Positions 59,064 through 64,000 of a stretch of DNA of 64,000 nt are shown in pieces; the stretch's first letter is position 1, and the number at the start of each line of letters is the position of its first letter. Position numbers and translations under genes: made by a program. Under the pieces are notes generated by a model. That model was not told the DNA's origin. It did not search any database and worked only from the letters and a program-made list of their open reading frames with translations. This DNA is from Perkinsela sp. CCAP 1560/9 (taxonomy: Eukaryota > Protista > Euglenozoa: Kinetoplastea). The stretch is from positions 24,001 to 88,000 of the forward strand of contig CBFFSA010000035.1 of the NCBI GenBank assembly GCA_965644495.1, given 5' to 3'.

Positions 59064-62000
59064 ATGTCTGGTATCAGCCCACACGAAGAGACACTTCCCC
59101 TCATGGACGACGATACATTCCTACAAGAGGAATCCATACATCTACCTGGATCTTGGGACCAATTTGCTGGAAACGCACACCTCATCAAGCATCCAAGCAC
59201 GTATAATGATCTGCTATATACAACTCCGATTCCTGCGAATGTCCCTAATGACTGGTGCGCGAATGCCGCCTCCATCTTAACTCAACAACAAACGCCTGAT
59301 ACAGGATGCGAAAATGGAGGCGACGAAGAAACGAACCACTCACGTGTTCTCATCAGATCGAATCTCGAAGTTGATACCACACAGCTTGATAATAATTCCA
59401 TGGCTAAGAAATTCCCTCGTCGAAGAGCTTCCGCCACACCTCCGAGTTCTAAGGGTCAGCTTCGGGGCGCTACGAAACCTCAGAAGGCCCGAGAGAAAGC
59501 CAATACAAGAAAAGCGGAAACCGCGGACTACAAGACCACGCGGGGCCCCCACGTTCTCGAACCTACGGAAAACTTATCACGAGTGACCACTCCTCAGGCC
59601 CCGACCCTGGCAAGTGACCAGGTTCCTGCGACCCCGCCCATTTCTGAGGAAGATCCGCCGCAACGAGAGCGCCCTGCAGATGGGTGTACCTGGAAGACGC
59701 AAGCCCACGGAGGGCAGTGGCAGTACTATTGCCACCACGTGGCCTACAGGCATGGGGAAGCAATTTCCAGTGTTTGGTGGGAGAAAGAGGGCCGCTTTCT
59801 GTGCGCCGCATGCGGTCGACATTACGCTCTCAACAAAAAGACGGCGCACGTGAACCAATGCAAAGGGCACGCCGTGCAATCACCTCCACCCTCGCAACCC
59901 TCGGAATGCCTAGGAGAAGCCATCTACGATGTTCAGGGCACGGCCGAGCTACCCTCTCTGGAGCAAATATGCACGACACCGATAAACACCTGCAAAGACG
60001 TCCCACACCGATGCCGACGCATGTGGGCTCAGATATTGACTTACGCCCTATCCATAGCGGTGCGCGAAAATTCAGTGAGGGCGTGGACGCTCCTTGCCTT
60101 ACTTCCAAAGTGCGTCCTTCCAGCCCCGTTCCGAGGAGGCCGCAAAGCCCATATCACTTACTCGTCGTACATTCTCAAAAGAGTGGAGCTTTGGATGGAA
60201 GGACAATACTCGACCCTTTGGTCTCAAGCTGTATCCGATCACGAGAGAAAACGCCCGAAGAACACGAGCAACGAGAACGACGTGGAAAAGGCTATAGTAC
60301 GAGCAGAACTTCTGGTCCGTGACGGGGAATTTTCCAGAGGAATGGCAGCCCTGACGGCAGCTCCCCTCGCACCGCACAACGAAGAAACATTGCGAAAGTT
60401 GCAAAGGAAACATCCTAGCTCCCACGGGAATCCTATCTCCTGCCCTTTGCCACCATTGAAAGAAGACTTTTTACAGCTGGACGAATCGGAAGTAAAAAAG
60501 GCCGTGAATAGTTTTCACCGCGGCTCCTCCGCCGGAACCATGGGTCTTCGACCCGAACACCTACAAGCAGCACTGCAAGAGCATGTTGACCAGAACATGG
60601 ATCCACTCCTGGCGCTCACGTCCTTTGTGAACCACCTTTTAGCAGGCAGAGGCCCGGATGAAGTACACCCCTTCTTTGCAGGTGCACGACTCTGCGCGCT
60701 CGAAAAGGACGAAGAAGACGTGAGGCCTATTGCTGCGGGGGAAACGCTACGACGTTTGGTCAGCAAGGCAGCGTGTCTTTCTTTAAAGGAAAAGGCAAGT
60801 TCCTTCTTCGGCCGCAAACAGTACGGCGTCGCGGCGCCCGCCGGAGCAGAGCGAGTCATTCACAATTGTCGTAGGTTGATGCTCAACAACATGGAAAACG
60901 AAAATATAACCTTCTGTAAAGTGGATCTCCGCAACGCCTTTAACAATGTCAGTAGGCCGGTGTTTATCTTCCTCACGCGAAAGCATTTCCCCGAGTTGTC
61001 CCCATGGGTTGAGTGGTGTTACGCCAACCACAGCTGTCTAACATTTGGTGACGATTTAATTCCTTCGGCCGAGGGCGTGCAGCAAGGTGATCCCCTAGGT
61101 CCCCTCCTGTTCTCTTTGGTTTTGTCGGGGGCAACGGAGGAAATCGCATCGCGTACAAAGCTCCAAACACAGTTATGGTATCTCGATGATGGTGTGATCA
61201 TTGGCGAACCACAGGAAGTCCGGAAGGCACTAGACGTTCTCTCGGAAGTGGGAACTCAGTGGGGACTCTTTCTGAACCTCTCAAAATGTGAAATCATCAC
61301 CCCGCCTGCGTCTGCCCACACCTCTTCCTTTTTCCCCGACATTCCTAGCGACAAAATAAGGTATGACGGAAACTTTGATATCCTTGGGAGTCCGGTGGGC
61401 TCTCCAGAACACTGTGCGAATTTCCTAAGGACACACGCGATCGAGCCAGCCCGCGACACGTTGGAAGCCATCTCCTTGATAGAAGACCCGCAAGTGGCCC
61501 TCGCCCTTATAAGGCAGTGCGCCGGATTCTGCCAAATGGTATACGCACTGCGTACCACCCCTCCCCAAGGCCTCGGAGAACTCTGTCGTCAGCTGGATTT
61601 TCACCTCATGCGCGCTGTGGAACACGCACTTTTTCCTCTTGATCTTCCCGCCCTTGACCAACTACAACGGCCCAAACGTTACGGGGGATTCGGCCTTCGC
61701 TCATCGTCGCTTTACCACTCGGCCGCATACGTTTCTTCTGTGGCTTTTGCCTCCGACAAGGATAAGTGGGATGCAGCCGAAGCTGAGGGGTTTCTTGATT
61801 CGGCACGCGAAATAAATCAAAAAGTTGGGACTGTCCTGATCGATCTGTATACTGGACGTATCCTCAAGCCAAGCTCACCAGACTACCCCAACGAGGCATG
61901 GGACGCCCAGTCACGCCCGGCGAAAAGAAAACTTTCCCATTCCCTCCGCCACCCCCTTTTACCCGACATCACAGAACCAGAAACCATCGTACCACGACAA

Positions 62001-62858
62001 AAACACCTGAGCCACGCAATCGCTGAACAGGAGTTCTATGCTGCTTACGCAAGGGCAGACGCCCGAACGAGGGCACGCTGGGTTTCTCAGTCAGGTAAAG
62101 GGGCCGGAAACTGGGCTTTTGTGACACCCTCAAAGCAAAGAGGGTTGGCTTTCACCCCCACGGAGTTCCGGACGCTATCACGTTGGTGGCTAGGGGTGGA
62201 TGTTTTCCCAGAGGATAGGCCTTGTCCGGCCGAAGGCTGTGCCCTCCCTCTCCTCAAGAACGGTGAACACGCCTTGCTCTGTAAAAATGGGCATGGCATC
62301 ATCGCCCGCCACAACGCCCTGGCACAACAATTCTCATCTTTCTGTTCCAAGGCCCAATTGGGACCACGGTGCGAGATGAGTCTCGGAAACCGAGGCCCCG
62401 GAGGAGCTCTCACGAGGCCTGCGGATGTCTTCCTGCCCACTGCATCCTTGGCAAAAGGGACTCTGGCGCAAGGCATGGTATTGGACTTTGCGGTCACCCA
62501 CGCCCAGCAATTAAAGTATTTGGACTCAGTCCGTAATGCTAGCTGGGTGACCCCAGGGGCTTTTGCCGCGCACTATGCCGAGACCAAGGCGCGACAGCGA
62601 CAAGAAGCAGACGAAGCCGGACATCTCTTCACGGCAATGGTTGTAGATTCCTTTGGGTCCTGGAGAGAAAGTGCCCTAGCGTTACTCCGGGATATCGGAA
62701 CGCAACGGGCGAATGCGTCCAAAGGGTTTCTGTCACGGAGCCAAGCGCGAAATGAACTCTTGACGGAGCTGAATGTTACGCTCATGCGTTCGCAGGCCCG
62801 GATGATGGTGTCACGCATCCCCGTGGCGGATCCAGCGGGGTCTTTGGTAGGGGCATAA
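59064..62858 (+). CDS. ZnF-RT-RLE polyprotein, 1,264 aa, intact frame
   Basis: MSGISPHEETLPLMDDDTF aligns with B1 MPPDDSFDANALPMDDDSF; GVQQGDPLGPLLF, YLDD, RPAD..LDFAVT present. Confidence 0.92.
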   Translation: MSGISPHEETLPLMDDDTFLQEESIHLPGSWDQFAGNAHLIKHPSTYNDLLYTTPIPANVPNDWCANAASILTQQQTPDTGCENGGDEETNHSRVLIRSNLEVDTTQLDNNSMAKKFPRRRASATPPSSKGQLRGATKPQKAREKANTRKAETADYKTTRGPHVLEPTENLSRVTTPQAPTLASDQVPATPPISEEDPPQRERPADGCTWKTQAHGGQWQYYCHHVAYRHGEAISSVWWEKEGRFLCAACGRHYALNKKTAHVNQCKGHAVQSPPPSQPSECLGEAIYDVQGTAELPSLEQICTTPINTCKDVPHRCRRMWAQILTYALSIAVRENSVRAWTLLALLPKCVLPAPFRGGRKAHITYSSYILKRVELWMEGQYSTLWSQAVSDHERKRPKNTSNENDVEKAIVRAELLVRDGEFSRGMAALTAAPLAPHNEETLRKLQRKHPSSHGNPISCPLPPLKEDFLQLDESEVKKAVNSFHRGSSAGTMGLRPEHLQAALQEHVDQNMDPLLALTSFVNHLLAGRGPDEVHPFFAGARLCALEKDEEDVRPIAAGETLRRLVSKAACLSLKEKASSFFGRKQYGVAAPAGAERVIHNCRRLMLNNMENENITFCKVDLRNAFNNVSRPVFIFLTRKHFPELSPWVEWCYANHSCLTFGDDLIPSAEGVQQGDPLGPLLFSLVLSGATEEIASRTKLQTQLWYLDDGVIIGEPQEVRKALDVLSEVGTQWGLFLNLSKCEIITPPASAHTSSFFPDIPSDKIRYDGNFDILGSPVGSPEHCANFLRTHAIEPARDTLEAISLIEDPQVALALIRQCAGFCQMVYALRTTPPQGLGELCRQLDFHLMRAVEHALFPLDLPALDQLQRPKRYGGFGLRSSSLYHSAAYVSSVAFASDKDKWDAAEAEGFLDSAREINQKVGTVLIDLYTGRILKPSSPDYPNEAWDAQSRPAKRKLSHSLRHPLLPDITEPETIVPRQKHLSHAIAEQEFYAAYARADARTRARWVSQSGKGAGNWAFVTPSKQRGLAFTPTEFRTLSRWWLGVDVFPEDRPCPAEGCALPLLKNGEHALLCKNGHGIIARHNALAQQFSSFCSKAQLGPRCEMSLGNRGPGGALTRPADVFLPTASLAKGTLAQGMVLDFAVTHAQQLKYLDSVRNASWVTPGAFAAHYAETKARQRQEADEAGHLFTAMVVDSFGSWRESALALLRDIGTQRANASKGFLSRSQARNELLTELNVTLMRSQARMMVSRIPVADPAGSLVGA

Positions 62859-62932
62859 GCCCCTACCCACTGTGTCTTACCCACCTATTCTCAAGCCTTG
62901 CTCTCATGAGTGAGGTTCTCCAATGTGAGCCC

Positions 62933-63171
62933 GGATGCTGGTCGGGTCGACAGAGTCTATGCTCACGCCTAGCCCGCGAGGGCTAGGTACCCCAAGTGAG
63001 GTAGTACACGGGTAGTGAATCTCCTCCCCGTCGGCCAGCATCCTGTTTCGTGACCGTGTCGCTGTCGACACAGGCCCGCGCCTGCGCCCTCCCATATAAC
63101 AAGGGAAGGGTTCACAAGTCAGGCCGTGGAGTGGTCGAAAGACCCGGTCCGGAACGCGCGAATGGATTGGG
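62933..63171 (+). ncRNA. Conserved structured RNA element in the family B 3' UTR, second copy
   Basis: Near-identical to 5348-5585; closing helix GGATGCTGGTCG/CGGCCAGCATCC. Confidence 0.7.
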
Positions 63172-63523
63172 CATAAATTGCTTCTTTTTATTATTATTGT
63201 TATCAAAATCATAAATACTGTAACTTAAGGCAGGTTGAATTATTAGTTTTGGCTACAACATATGAAATTGCTAATTTGATTGCTTGTTCACAAATCATAT
63301 ACCCCCCCCAATGGACCTACTTGGTTCGTCTACTGAGTAAAAATATAGAATCGCGTTTTATACTTCTCCCCCCCTATTTATTGCAAAAAAAAAAAAAAAA
63401 CAGATGCGCTCAGTGACTTGGTCAAATAAGCAATAGCGGGGCTATACATGTAGGTGTTTCAGTAGGTGGCCGCCACCATTAACACATGCGCTCGGGTGGT
63501 AGTATTACGTGCGAGCGGGCTGG

Positions 63524-64000
63524 TTCGCGGAGTTGGCGGACGGGATGCCCGTTCGTAAGTAAAGGCGTTTGTTGTCGATTTGTTTCAAATACTGTAAGTT
63601 TGATTGAAATGGCCAGGTACCTTAATTTCTTTTCATGGATAGGTGGTGAGGATACTAAAGCAGTTGAATTCTTTGAATTGCTTTATGAAGAAAGATATTA
63701 CATGATTTAGGAATTGGTTTCATTTTATGTATTCTTGTTCATTATGTGTGAGAAAGAAGACGCTGATTTCTATAAGTATACGTTTAGAAATTTAGGATGA
63801 TCGATATAATGGCCCTTCGGGGCACATAATATTTATATTATGAGATATGATTTGTTTGTTTTGTTTAGAGATTTCATTTATTTAGTTTGGTATAGTGACA
63901 CTCCTTCTCTAACCTTTTAATTGCGCCCGCCCACCAACCCCCAACCACTTCGCGGAGTTGGCGGACGGGATGCCCGTTCGTAAGTAAAGGAGTTTGTTGT
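63524..64000 (+). repeat. 3' split-direct-repeat region: B (from 63524), A (63770-63925), B (63949 to window end)
   Basis: 63524-63575 matches 63949-64000 with 1 mismatch; the A copy matches the element 5' end. Confidence 0.9.

Larger units (their letters stand above)
59041..63400 (+). mobile_element. CRE-clade non-LTR retrotransposon, family B, copy B2, nested in the YR element (5' boundary +/-20 bp)
   Basis: Colinear with B1 from the N-terminus through the 3' UTR; A16 tail at 63385-63400; no TSD seen. Confidence 0.92.
55167..64000 (+). mobile_element. Tyrosine-recombinase retrotransposon, VIPER/TATE-like (gag-YR-RT/RH, split direct repeats); degenerate, interrupted by copy B2; 3' end outside window
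   Basis: CCHC gag, YR catalytic residues, LTR-type RT, and A-ORFs-B-A-B repeat layout. Confidence 0.88.

Noticed and set aside
58341-62858. Single 1,505-aa gene
   Set aside because: Chimera of a truncated YR-element RT and the B2 ORF; homology to B1 begins at ATG 59064
82-62884. Numerous 60-210 aa antisense or alternate-frame ORFs inside retroelement coding regions
   Set aside because: Shadow ORFs with no motifs and boundaries not conserved between paralogous copies

Overview
Eukaryotic, repeat-dominated window with no recognisable host protein gene. Two exact copies of a spliced-leader (SL)-like exon (TTAACGATAAAGATACAGTTTCTGTACCTTGTTG) point to a euglenozoan, probably kinetoplastid-like, genome (inference). 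About 44 kb is one 18-bp tandem array (GTTAAGACCCTTTCTTTT, roughly 2,450 units) with higher-order duplications. Four kinds of mobile element are joined to it. (i) and (ii) are two families of CRE-clade non-LTR retrotransposons (RT plus restriction-like endonuclease): family A at 1-1641 and 51109-55064, family B at 1642-5836 and ~59041-63400. (iii) is a 1,069-bp non-autonomous TIR element with GG..CC ends and a 9-bp target-site duplication (TSD), carrying an SL exon fused to a short ORF. (iv) is a VIPER/TATE-like tyrosine-recombinase (YR) retrotransposon (gag-YR-RT, split direct repeats), itself interrupted by a family B copy. The most notable observations are: a ~240-nt, ~96% conserved, pseudoknot-capable RNA in the family B 3' UTR; SL exons hard-wired at element 5' ends; a phased -1 frameshift signal with a pseudoknot in the YR element; and convergence of all element classes on one 18-mer repeat that may be telomeric or centromeric. 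The multi-thousand-residue ORFs in the track are most likely artefacts of the 18-bp period. All alignments and folds were done by eye.
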